The notes under the pieces were generated by a model. The model worked only from the letters and a program-made list of their open reading frames with translations. It was not told the origin of the DNA and did not search any database. From NCBI GenBank assembly GCA_950097015.1, contig CATNEN010000007.1:7936001-8000000 (forward strand): DNA of 64,000 nt. The letters run 5' to 3'. Below, in pieces: positions 23,589-35,675 of this stretch (position 1 is the stretch's first letter; every line of letters begins with the position of its first letter). The translations under genes and the position numbers were made by a program. Source of the stretch: Macrostomum hystrix. Lineage: Eukaryota > Animalia > Platyhelminthes.

Positions 23589-24698
23589 ATGACTAAAATG
23601 CGTCCTCTGATTTGTCTGCTTCTCGTCACCATGGCAACCGCGGCACCAGCCCAGCAACACGCGGGCTTCGCTCCGAACTCGGCCGCCGCCGCCGCCGCCG
23701 CCGCCACCCCTGCGGAAGAGGGCGCCGAGGCCGCTGCTGACGAAGCTGCCGCCGTAGAGGCCCTGCCGCCCATCGATGACGAGGATCGGCGCATAAGCGT
23801 GAGAACTCATGAGATGAGGGAGACTGTGAGAACTCATGAGATGAGGGAGACTGTGAGAACTCATGAGATGAGGGAGACTGTGAGAACTCATGAGATGAGG
23901 GAGACTGTGAGAACTCATGAGATGAGGGAGACTGTGAGAACTCATGAGATGAGGGAGACTGTGAGAACTCATGAGAGGTTGGAGACTGTGAGAGGGACAT
24001 AGGACAACCGTTGAGAGGGAGATAAGAGAGGCGGTGAGAGGCAGTGAGAGGGAGGTAAGACAACCGGTGAGAGGGAGATAAGAGAGACGGTGAGAGGGAG
24101 ATAAGAGAGATGGTGAGAGGGAGATAAGAGAGACGGTGAGAGGGAGATAAGAGAGATGGTGAGAGGGAGATAAGAGAGACGGTGAGAGGGAGATAAGAGA
24201 GACGGTGAGAGGGAGATGAGGGAGATGGTGAGAGGGAGATAAGAGAGATGGAGAGAGGGAGATAAGAGAGACGGTGAGAGGGAGATAAGAGAGACGGTGA
24301 GAGGGAGATAAGAGAGACGGTGAGAGGGAGATAAGAGAGATGGTGATTGGGAGATAAGAGAGACGGTGAGAGGGAGATAAGAGAGATAGTGATAGGGAGA
24401 TAATAGAGACGGTGAGAGGGAGACGAGGAAGACTGTAGGTGGCCTATCCAGCGGAATGTGCACTTTCTGGTGACCGAAAACCTAAAGCACCCAACTAAAG
24501 ATCGGCTAAAAGTACTTTTCGCACCTCCCTAACCTGATCTTCTACCTGTTCCGTCTGCACCCATTGTCCCAGCCGCAGGACTGGGAGGACCTGCTTCGTC
24601 GCCTGCTGCAGCAGCACCGGGCCGCCCGCAAGAGGCACTCCGGCACAATGTCCATGAAGCAGATCCAGTCGCTTTACCAGATGATGAAGGTCGGATAA
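23589..24698 (+). CDS. Amidated neuropeptide precursor B, PDF/cerebrin-like (about 109 aa, 2 coding exons)
   Basis: Exons 23589-23798 and 24579 (or 24573)-24698, phase 0. Signal peptide MRPLICLLLVTMATA, acidic/Ala-rich propeptide, then RKR-HSGTMSMKQIQSLYQMMKV-G-stop. Confidence 0.8.
23799..23995. repeat. 27-bp minisatellite starting at the splice donor (GTGAGAACTCATGAGATGAGGGAGACT)
   Basis: About 7 units; the first begins exactly at the intron GT. Confidence 0.9.
24012..24425. repeat. About 22-bp GA-rich minisatellite (GAGAGGGAGATAAGAGAGACGGT-type)
   Basis: Tandem units in the intron of precursor B. Confidence 0.9.
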
Positions 24699-25001
24699 AG
24701 ATGCCGGCACCTGGCCAGTGCCGAGATCCGCGGTGGCCACATCCGGCTCAGACTGTGCTTTGAACCGAAAGTTAAAGACACTCATGAGTGAAAAATTAAA
24801 GTACATATGAAGGCCGTTTGACATCTGTGTTAGATATGAAATCTGCGAGTTTAATTTCTGGGAAGCGGCACTCATTTAACATTCATTTCGTCTAATACAA
24901 ATCGGATTTTTACATCGAAAATTAAAATTATGCTACTAATAGATTTTCCAAGTAGTGAGTTGAATGCTACTAAAAAGGCGAGATAACCAGATGGCAAATG
25001 A

Positions 25002-25570
25002 ACAGGTGGCAGATAAGACAGGTGGCAGATAAGACAGGTGGCTGATAAGACAGGTGGCAGATAAGACAGGTGGCTGATAAGACAGGTGGCAGATAAGACA
25101 GGTGGCTGATAAGACAGGTGGCAGATAAGACAGGTGGCTGATAAGACAGGTGGCAGATAAGACAGGTGGCAGATAAACAGGTGGCTGGTAAGACAGGTGG
25201 CTGATAAGACAGGTGGCTGATAGGACAGGTGGCTGATAAGACAGGTGGCAGATAAGACAGGTGGCAGATAAGACAGGTGGCAGATAAGACAGGTGGCTGA
25301 TAAGACAGGTGGCAGATAAGACAGGTGGCAGATAAGACAGGTGGCAGATAAGACAGGTGGCTGATAAGACAGGTGGCAGATAAGACAGGTGGCTGATAAG
25401 ACAAGTGGCAGATAAGACAGGTGGCAGATAAGACAGGTAGCTGATAAGACAGGTGGCAGATAAGACAGGTGGCAGATAAGACAGGTAGCTGATAAGACAG
25501 GTAGCTGATAAGACAGGTGGCTGATAAGACAGGTAGCTGATAAGACAGGTAGCTGATAAGACAGGTGGCT
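25002..25570. repeat. 16-bp minisatellite (GATAAGACAGGTGGCA)
   Basis: Tandem units. Confidence 0.95.
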
Positions 25571-26480
25571 TTTAAGACAGATGGCAGATAAACAGATGGC
25601 AAATAAACAGATGTCTGGTATACAGATTGTAGATAAACAGATAGGATATAAGAAACAAGTAGGAGACAAACTATGTAAAAAGCGCTGCAACCGTACCATT
25701 GGCTCACAAGACAGTGATTTAGTAATTTTAAGACTTATATTTGTCGTGTTAAATTTCAAATAGGAAAGCAAGCTATGAAAAAAAATTAGCCGTGCAACCT
25801 TCAGCAATCGGGTTTGATGCTTTGGCAAAAAATATAATCTGAAAGCAGGCAGTTGGAGATAAATCGTTTCTCAGCACACCCAGGTGCGAAGGCGTGACAG
25901 AAGTGGCAGTAGAAAAGGGCAGTGAAATTGTAGCAAATTGGCTGCTCAAAAGGCGGAGTACTTTTCCTAAGCAAAGAATGGCCCACTTTGATGGCCCAGC
26001 TTAGCTGTGGTCAGTAGGCGGCTCCGGACTTCATGATGCGGCCCTGGATTGTGCTGGGCGTCACTGCAAATAAAGCGGGACTGAATGCATTTGCTTTTAT
26101 CCTACTCATAGTAGCTGCGAATACATTTTTAGGTGGTGTGATTTTTTATGAATAATGAAATTGTGATAGGTGCATTGTGAAGGATTGGGAATTCAAATTC
26201 ATACTTTACTAGTTATTCTAAGCCTTGAAATATGGGATATAATTCATTGATTCTTGTCCGAGTCCATTCATGGAGCAGGGTACGGCTGACCTAGTGTCTG
26301 AGCAACAAATAATCTCCAAGAAAATTAGCTACACAAAGATGCGAAAGGCAGGTGTGCCGCAAAAAATAAATATAAATTGCAATTGGGTCCATTGTGTGGC
26401 AACCACGCAATGCTGCAAGGAGAAATCGCTTTCTAAGAAAAATGCCGACGGACTGCGGCGCTGATTTTACCCGATTCAGT

Positions 26481-29400
26481 TCAGAAGCCGCCCGAGATGG
26501 CGGTACCGGCGACTCCCAGGCAGGAGCCGCGGCTGCCGAAGGCTCCCTTCCAGTGGGCTGCTTGTCGGGGCGGGAGGCGGAGTTTTTCCAGCTTGAGTCA
26601 CGCAAACTTATGCCACTGGGGATTTGTAGGCTGGCATATGTACACTGGGACAAAATGTACATTAGCTAGATATGTACATTGGGGAGATATGTACATTGGG
26701 GAGATATGTACATTGGGGAGATATGTACATTGGGGAGATATGTACATTGGGGAGATATGTACGTTGGGGAGATATGTAAATTGGGGAGATATGTACGTTG
26801 GGAGATATGTACATTGGGGAGATATGTACACAGCGAGACTGTAAATTGGGAGATATGTAGTCTCAGTGATATTTTGATCCGAGCTAAAATATTTAATAAC
26901 TGAATTTCTCCATTGTTTAATAATCGTACAATAATTAGAAAGTAGTAAGGATATATGCTACTGATTATTAACAAAACAGTAGTCGCATAAAAATCTGGTG
27001 CGTTGGTCCGAATGGATATAAAAACCTAATTTTTTTACTGACTGACACCTATTCTGATATTAATTTCTATGCATACGAAAAACTTTAATAGCAATATATT
27101 CATCAATACAGATACGGTAACACTGAGAACCTGATCATTATAGCGAAAATGTATTGTGTGGAACAAGTCAGTTTATTGACTAAACGAATAAACCAAAAAC
27201 CCATTTAAGCATTCAACCAGTAGCTGAAACTTTACGAAACGGTCTACTTGTACTAATATCTTTGATGAATCGAGAAGCTATTTTTGTACTTTTAGGTGGT
27301 TGTAGCTTAGTTGTTAGAGCGCTCGACTCACAACTTGAAGGTCGGGGGTTCGATTTCACGAATTTTGTCCTTGAGCAAGACAATTATCTGAATTAATTCA
27401 GGGTACCAGCATCAGATTAGATAATAAAGGAATGTGTGGCGTCCCCCAGTCTATGGACTGAACAGCCGTACGCAGCCTTCAGATGTGCCAAGCAATATGA
27501 GCGGCTGTGCTGCCGGCTGCACATCTGGCCCAATTAGGGCAGGTAAAAAATATTTTCCCTAATTTTTATTATTAGGAATTAAAAAATAATTTTTAAGTGC
27601 TTGTTGAGTGAACACAAACGAATGTGAGGCAGGTAAGTCCATTTATCAACCCAACTCACAGGTTGGCGGCCGCTTATCCTCGAACCAGTACTTGCTGCCC
27701 GCCCGGGCTCGCAGCAGCGCCTTCGAGGTTTCAGGCTGGGCGCCGGTTTTTGGCCGCCGCGAAGTCGTCACCAGAGCCCGCACCCCAGCGGCCGGCGCGG
27801 CCTGGATGTCGAGGCTGGAGCCAGTAGAGAAGCCATGCGGCGGAAAGCGCTGGCAGTCGTCTGCTTTCACCCGTCCTTCGATGCCGTGAAATGATGGAAA
27901 TAATCTTGCGCATCCACTTGTGAACTTGCGGCCCCTGCACCCACCTCACTCCTTGCCACACCCCTGACCTCGCTTCTGCACCCAACTCACTCCTTGCCAC
28001 ACCCCTGACCTCGCTTCTGCACCCATCTCACTCCTTGCCATACCCCTGACCTCGCTTCTGCACGCACTTCACTCCTTGTCACACCCCTGACCTTGCTTCT
28101 GCACCCACCTCACTCCTTGCCACACCCCTGACCTCGCTTCTGCACCCACCTCACTCCTTGTCAAGCTCATCTCCTCCTCACCATTTATGTAGACTATGTG
28201 GTTGCCGAGGTTGCCGGTGCACTGCGTCACGTGACGCCAGTTGCTGCCGTTTCTACCGGCCCGATAGGACGCAGGCACGCCGCCGCTGTCTCTGACTGCC
28301 GGAGCCATCTGGGCGGCAGGGGCGTGCAGCGAGCCCAGAGTGACGGTCCTGCCGTACGGGTTCATGAAGCGAACAGGCTCCGCCACGGGCAGACCCTGGT
28401 AGCCGCGGGAACCCGAGTAGGCTGCCTGCCAGTCGTTGGCGGCGGCTTCTGCGGCGTCCTCGGCGTAGAAGTCGTCAGCGCCTCTGCCGCCACCTCCGCC
28501 CAGCACTTCGTAAGCATCTTGATATTCGCCGAAAGTGTGGTTTGGCGAGTCCGTCTGCAATTTTCAGGAAACAGTAGCCAGGTCAGTAGTGTAGCAATTG
28601 TAGTCAGTAGAGTAGATTTGGCAGTCAGTAGAGTAGATTTGGCAGTCAGTAGAGTAGATTTGGCAGTCAGTAGAGTAGATTTGGCAGTCAGTAGAGTAGA
28701 TTTGGCAGTCAGTAGAGTAGATAAGGCAGTCAGTAGAGTAGATAAGGCAGTCAGTAGAGTAGATAAGGCAGTCAGTAGAGTAGATTTGGCAGTCAGTAGA
28801 GTAGATAAGACAGTCAGTAGAGTAGATAAGGCAGTCAGTAGAGTAGATTTGGCAGTCAGTAGAGTAGATAAGACAGTCAGTAGAGTAGATAAGACAGTCA
28901 GTAGAGTAGATAAGGCAGTCAGTAGAGTAGATAAGGCAGTCAGTAGAGTAGATAAGGCAGTCAGTAGAGTAGATAAGACAGTCAGTAGAGTAGATATGGC
29001 AGTCAGTAGAGTAGATATGGCAGTCAGTAGAGTAGATAAGGCAGTCAGTAGAGTAGATAAGACAGTCAGTAGAGTAGATAAGGCAGTCAGTAGAGTAGAT
29101 AAGACAGTCAGTAGAGTAGATAAGACAGTCAGTAGAGTAGATAAGACAGTCAGTAGAGTAGATAAGGCAGTCAGTAGAGTAGATAAGACAGTCAGTAGAG
29201 TAGATAAGGCAGTCAGTAGAGTAGATAAGACAGTCAGTAGAGTAGATAAGACAGTCAGTAGAGTAGATAAGACAGTCAGTAGAGTAGATAAGGCAGTCAG
29301 TAGAGTAGATATGGCAGTCAGTAGAGTAGATAAGGCAGTCAGTAGAGTAGATATGGCAGTCAGTAGAGTAGATAAGGCAGTCAGTAGAGTAGATAAGGCA

Positions 29401-32400
29401 GTCAGTAGAGTAGATAAGGCAGTCAGTAGAGTAGATAAGACAGTCAGTAGAGTAGATAAGGCAGTCAGTAGAGTAGATAAGACAGTCAGTAGAGTAGATA
29501 AGACAGTCAGTAGAGTAGATAAGGCAGTCAGTAGAGTAGATAAGGCAGTCAGTAGAGTAGATAAGGCAGTCAGTAGAGTAGATAAGACAGTCAGTAGAGT
29601 AGATAAGGCAGTCAGTAGAGTAGATAAGACAGTCAGTAGAGTAGATAAGGCAGTCAGTAGAGTAGATAAGACAGTCAGTAGAGTAGATATGGCAGTCAGT
29701 AGAGTAGATAAGACAGTCAGTAGAGTAGATAAGACAGTCAGTAGAGTAGATAAGGCAGTCAGTAGAGTAGATAAGACAGTCAGAGTAGTCATGTGATTAG
29801 AAATGTATAGCTTAAAAGTCTCCACAACAGAATTAGAAATAATGTTGCTATAAAAGGCTAACAAAGTTTAGCGGAGAGGAAAATTGAGCTAAAATGGCTT
29901 GAGCTCAGTGCACCGCAGCTCATAAGCTACCGTACTCCGTTTGTGATTGACAGCTCGATACTACCCATGGTGCGCAACTTACCCAATACTTTCGCTGGAA
30001 AATTAATAACGTTTTGGGTTTGTTATAAAATTGTTTTAGATTCTGAATTAGCCCGATCAGTCTAAGCTGAAACTTTATTTTATGATCTAAAACTCTATCA
30101 TCTATGGTCATAAAGTCCTCACCTGGATCCCAACGCATCTCATCAGGGTTGGTTGGCCTCTGCCGGACCTGGCTTCCCAGTCGGCTGCGGGTCTGCGCGA
30201 GCTGCGTTTGTGTGGGATTTGCGTGGGCGTTGGGCACAATTGGCACTCAAGTATTGCAACACAATAAGCAATAAATTTCCCTAGAAATAATATAACATTA
30301 CCTTGCAAAACTTTTGCGAGACATAAGCGATGAGCTGGCTTCAATTCTATTTTCTTGGAATCTGCAGGGCTCTTTAAAAAGGCCGCCGCTACACGCAAAC
30401 AGCGGCAGTTGAGCAGCTGCTGAGCTGATGAGAGCCGTGTCCAGACCTGTCTGGGTGAACTTTTATGCTCTCCTCTCTCTCTCTCTCTCTCTGGAGTCTG
30501 TCTGAGACCACCCCTGCCTATCTGAGCACTATCGCTAAAGCCTGAGAATAGCCAAGCAATGAGACTGAGACCTCTAAATCGAGGCGGCAAAACAAACTGC
30601 AGACAGTTGCAGCCGGTTAGAAATTCTCATTGACTTTGCGTCACGCAGCCACACTGCTGCATCTCAGACTCTGCTAATGAGTGCTCAAATTATCTGCTAC
30701 TCCAGCACCCAACTGCTCACAAGAACTCAAATTTTCTACCGAAGATGTCCACACCTGCTGAAAGAAATAAAATTAACTAAAAATAGTTGCCAAGGACAAC
30801 TAATAAGCGAAATAAAAATCGGCATTAAGCTGCAAATCAAAGGCAACTTTTAGTAGCTCAAAATCAGAAGCGAAAGCAGTTTTGCGAGTACCACACTGAG
30901 CAATTTTTTTAAGCACGACACACACTTATATCTAGGCCAGCTGTCCGCTCTTACCTGATTGGCGGCAGAGTAATGGAGCTAAAAACCGAATTTGGGTGAT
31001 GAATATCGCTTTAAGATCTCCAGTTTCTAGTTACAGCTGTAGCTCAGATTCCTGCTGCGATTCCAGCTCAAATTCCTGCTGCTACGTATCTTGCTTCGAT
31101 TCTAGCTACTACTCTTGCTTCGATTCTAGCTACGACTCTTGCTTCGATTCTAGCTACGTCTCTTGCTTCGATTCTAGTTACGACTCTTGCTTCGATTCTA
31201 GCTACGTCTCTTGCTTCGATTCTAGCTACTACTCTTGCTTCGATTCTAGCTACGACTCTTGCTTCGATTCTAGCAACGTCTCTTGCTTCGATTCTAGCTA
31301 CTACGCTTGCTTCGATTCTAGCTACGTCTCTTGCTTCGATTCTAGTTACGACTCTTGCTTCGATTCTAGCTACTACGCTTGCTTCGATTCTAGCTACGTC
31401 TCTTGCTTCGATTCTAGTTACGACTCTTGCTTCGATTCTAGCTACGTCTCTTGCTTCGATTCTAGCTACTACTCTTGCTTCGATTCTAGCTACGACTCTT
31501 GCTTCGATTCTAGCTACGTCTCTTGCTTCGATTCTAGCTACTACTCTTGCTTCGATTCTAGCTACGTCTCTTGCTTCGATTCTAGCTACTACTCTTGCTT
31601 CGATTCTAGTTACGACTCTTGCTTCGATTCTAGCTACGTCTCTTGCTTCGATTCTAGCTACTACTCTTGCTTCGATTCTAGCTACGACTCTTGCTTCGAT
31701 TCTAGCAACGTCTCTTGCTTCGATTCTAGCTACTACTCTTGCTTCGATTCTAGCTACGTCTCTTGCTTCGATTCTAGCTACTACTCTTGCTTCGATTCTA
31801 GCTACGACTCTTGCTTCGATTCTAGCTACGACTCTTGCTTCGATTCTAGCTACGTCTCTTGCTTCGATTCTAGCTACTACTCTTGCTTCGATTCTAGCTA
31901 CGACTCTTGCTTCGATTCTAGCTACGTCTCTTGCTTCGATTCTAGCTACTACTCTTGCTTCGATTCTAGCTACGACTCTTGCTTCGATTCTAGCTACGAC
32001 TCTTGCTTCGATTCTAGCTACGTCTCTTGCTTCGATTCTAGCTACTACTCTTGCTTCGATTCTAGCTACGACTCTTGCTTCGATTCTAGCAACGTCTCTT
32101 GCTTCGACTCTAGCTACGACTCTTGCTTCGATTCTAGCTACGACTCTTGCTTCGATTCTAGCTACGTCTCTTGCTTCGATTCTAGTTACGACTCTTGCTT
32201 CGATTCTAGCTACGTCTCTTGCTTCGATTCTAGCTACTACTCTTGCTTCGATTCTAGCTACGACTCTTGCTTCGATTCTAGCAACGTCTCTTGCTTCGAC
32301 TCTAGCTACGACTCTTGCTTCGATTCTAGCTACGACTCTTGCTTCGATTCTAGCTACGTCTCTTGCTTCGATTCTAGTTACGACTCTTGCTTCGATTCTA

Positions 32401-33443
32401 GCTACGTCTCTTGCTTCGACTCTAGCTACGACTCTTGCTTCGATTCTAGCTACGACTCTTGCTTCGATTCTAGCTACGTCTCTTGCTTCGATTCTAGTTA
32501 CGACTCTTGCTTCGATTCTAGCTACGTCTCTTGCTTCGATTCTAGCTACTACTCTTGCTTCGATTCTAGCTACGACTCTTGCTTCGATTCTAGCAACGTC
32601 TCTTGCTTCGATTCTAGCTAAGTCTACGCTTGCTTCGATTCTAGCTACGACTCTTGCTTCGATTCTAGCTACGTCTCTTGCTTCGATTCTAGTTACGACT
32701 CTTGCTTCGATTCTAGCTACGTCTCTTGCTTCGATTCTAGCTACTACTCTTGCTTCGATTCTAGCTACGACTCTTGCTTCGATTCTAGCAACGTCTCTTG
32801 CTTCGATTCTAGCTACTACGCTTGCTTCGATTCTAGCTACGACTCTTGCTTCGATTCTAGCTACGACTCTTGCTTCGATTCTAGTTACGACTCTTGCTTC
32901 GATTCTAGCTACGTCTCTTGCTTCGATTCTAGCTACTACTCTTGCTTCGATTCTAGCTACGACTCTTGCTTCGATTCTAGCTACGACTCTTGCTTCGATT
33001 CTAGCTACGACTCTTGCTTCGATTCTAGCAACGTCTCTTGCTTCGATTCTAGCTACGACTCTTGCTTCGATTCTAGCTACGACTCTTGCTTCGATTCTAG
33101 CTACGACTCTTGCTTCGATTCTAGCAACGTCTCTTGCTTCGATTCTAGCTACGACTCTTGCTTCGATTCTAGCTACGACTCTTGCTTCGATTCTAGCTAC
33201 GACTCTTGCTTCGATTCTACTTTGGACTGAACTAGGAATTAATTAATTATGAATTCCTGATTAATTTCCATTTTTAGCAACTTTTCTGGATTTCCCCAAA
33301 GTCCACAGCAGCCCGCGAACCGCTCATGCAAACCTTTCAAGGAACGGGCCGAACGGCTGCAGGGTTGTCCTGGCGGCCAGGTCGGTGCCGAACTGAAAAC
33401 TCGCCAGCTGATTGGCCGTCTTGGCCCGGCTCAGTCGCTCCAT
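26481..33443 (-). CDS. Uncharacterised multi-exon protein (about 318 aa) with candidate microexons and a VGIQTD LC8-type motif
   Basis: Phase-consistent GT-AG exons: 33443-33334, 30978-30955, 30757-30740, 30361-30302, 30201-30123, 28554-28182, 27875-27660, 26557-26481. Alternatively the frame stops at 27646 if the last donor is unused. Terminal exons and microexons are less certain than the 28554-28182 core. Confidence 0.55.
26636..26860. repeat. 17-bp minisatellite (ATATGTACATTGGGGAG)
   Basis: Tandem units. Confidence 0.9.
27295..27381 (+). mobile_element. Degenerate tRNA-derived SINE head
   Basis: A-box-like TAGCTTAGTTG and B-box-like GGTTCGATTTC at tRNA spacing, followed by GTCCTTGAGCAAGACA; no intact cloverleaf seen. 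Confidence 0.45.
27935..28160. repeat. 41-bp minisatellite
   Basis: About 5.5 units of CACTCCTTGCCACACCCCTGACCTCGCTTCTGCACCCACCT-type sequence, intronic. Confidence 0.9.
28602..29783. repeat. 21-bp minisatellite (GTCAGTAGAGTAGATAAGGCA)
   Basis: Tandem units, intronic. Confidence 0.95.
31080..33219. repeat. 24-bp minisatellite (TTGCTTCGATTCTAGCTACGACTC)
   Basis: About 2.1-kb array, intronic. Confidence 0.95.
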
Positions 33444-34079
33444 GCCGCTGCTGCTGCTGCTGCTGCTATGGAAGAATAAACCGATGGGGGAAACTGACTG
33501 CTGTCAGATTGTGAGCAGCGGATGCCGCCTCACTCCTGACTCTACACTTTTATTATCAACCCAGTCAGGGATCTGGCACCAGCCAATCAGAATCGTCCGT
33601 CCGTCTGTCCGCCTTTCCCAAATTGAAGCAGCTCTTGTGAATGTTCCATTACCCGTGGGGTGCTCAGCAGCTCTTCAGTTTAACCCCCGGTTGGTCCCGA
33701 TACGCCATCCACAATGGCGGTAGTACACTCTGTGACAGCAGAGGAGAAATTAAGAATGAAGGAGCAGGTCTTGAGCAGCTATTCCTTTGCATTCATGCTC
33801 AACATCTCCCGGCCTCTGGCATCCCAGTCTCCGTGTCTGCCTGTGAATTATGCAACAAGCACTTTTCCCATTTCGCTAGGCAATGCATGAATTTATTCTT
33901 AAGCCTCAGACAACTCCGCCCTACACCTTCCCCATAGCAACCCGTTGCCTTCCTTATCTGTGGCCTAGGCTGCAAACTTAATAGGTTGGGATCAGCGGGC
34001 GTTTTAGGCAGCCGCCCCTGTCTGCTTGGCGGTGAAATCGGTGAAATCACACGGAGAAACTGCCCATAGAGCTCACAAA

Positions 34080-34960
34080 GAGACAGGGCGACAGAGAGAC
34101 ATGGGGCAGAGAGACAGGCGACAGACAGACAGGCGACAGACAGACAGGCGACAGACAGACAGGCGACAGACAGACAGGCGACAGACAGACAGGCGACAGA
34201 CAGACAGGCGACAGACAGACAGGCGACAGACAGACAGGCGACAGAGAGACAGGGGGACAGAGAGACAGACGACAGAGAGACAGGGGGACAGAGAGACATG
34301 GGACAGAGAGACAGGCGACAGACAGACAGGCGACAGAGAGACAGGGGGACTGTCCCTGTTCATGAGAGACAGGGGGACAGAGAGACAGGGGGACAGAGGG
34401 ACAGGGCGACAGAGAGACAGGCGACAGACAGACAGGCGACAGAGAGACAGGCGACAGACAGACAGGCGACATAGAGACAGGGGGACAGAGAGACAGACGA
34501 CAGAGAGACAGGGGGACAGAGAGACAGGGGGACAGAGAGACAGGCGACAGGCGACAGGCGAGCCAGGCGACAGAGAGACAGGCGACAGAGAGACAGGCGA
34601 CAGAGAGACAGGGGGACAGAGAGACAGGCGACAGGCGACAGGCGAGCCAGGCGACAGAGAGACAGGCGACAGAGAGACAGGCGACAGAGAGACAGGGGGA
34701 CAGAGAGACAGGCGACAGAGAGACAGGGGGACAGAGAGACAGGGGGACAGAGAGACAGACGACAGAGAGACAGGGGGACAGAGAGACAGGCGACAGAGAG
34801 ACAGGCGACAGAGAGACAGGGCGACAGAGAGACAGGGCGACAGAGAGACAGGGCGACAGAGAGACAGGGCGACAGAGAGACAGGCGACAGAGAGACAGGG
34901 GGGACAGAGAGACAGGCCACAGAGAGACAGGGGGACAGAGAGACAGGCCACAGAGAGACA
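34080..34960. repeat. Compound GACA/GAGA-rich minisatellite (about 15-bp GACAGAGAGACAGGC)
   Basis: Tandem and variant units. Confidence 0.9.
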
Positions 34961-35675
34961 GCTAGCCAGACGCTCTTGTTTGTACTGCAAGTAGTGTGTC
35001 CAGTTAGTCAGCCTAAAGATTCAGCCAAAAATAATTTGTTAATTTCAGAACCGCCCGTCCGTGAATTGCCCAGCCAAAATCATACCGAATTGAAATAGCT
35101 CTCGTTATATTTGCAAATTCCGTTTGAAAGTCAATAGACGGACATTCTAGGAAGCTTCCAAGAGAATCACGTGACTTTGGCAGGCCAGCAAACAAGCTCG
35201 TCACAATGCAAAGAGTTTTCTAAAAAAAGCCGGAAGTTCAGATTTGGCGATGTGGGCCCGGACCTTCCGTGCTTTTTGAATATTTGGCCACAATCGATGA
35301 TGGCATTCTTGATGACGGCGAGGAGCAGGGGAAAAGATGAAGGCGGAGATTAGCGGAGTCTGAGTGCCCGCGGCCACATCGCAGTCGACAGCTCGGGGAC
35401 TTCGCTGAATCATTTTTTGAATTTTGAAAAATTTACTGTGAAATTCTCGGCAAAAAGTTGCTCACCGAGGCCTGAGTAGCTCGAGGAAAATGGCCTAGCT
35501 GAGCAGTCCTTTCAAAATTTGTGCGTTTGTTCCAATTTCTCACAAATTGCATGAATTGCTTACGCCAGCGAGCAATTAGTTAGCTAACAGCAATTTCTAG
35601 CTTTCTAGCCTAGTCATAAAGCCTTGAAATGTTTTACTCCTTATCTCATACTTCATCACATTCATTCAGACTCTT

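Noticed and set aside
27295-27365. Functional tRNA gene
   Set aside because: A/B-box-like motifs are present but acceptor and T stems do not pair convincingly; treated as a SINE remnant.
35201-35413. Minus-strand ORF with an AGTQT (LC8-like) motif as an upstream exon of the 26.5-33.4 kb gene
   Set aside because: I could not find a phase-consistent splice path linking it to the exon at 33443.
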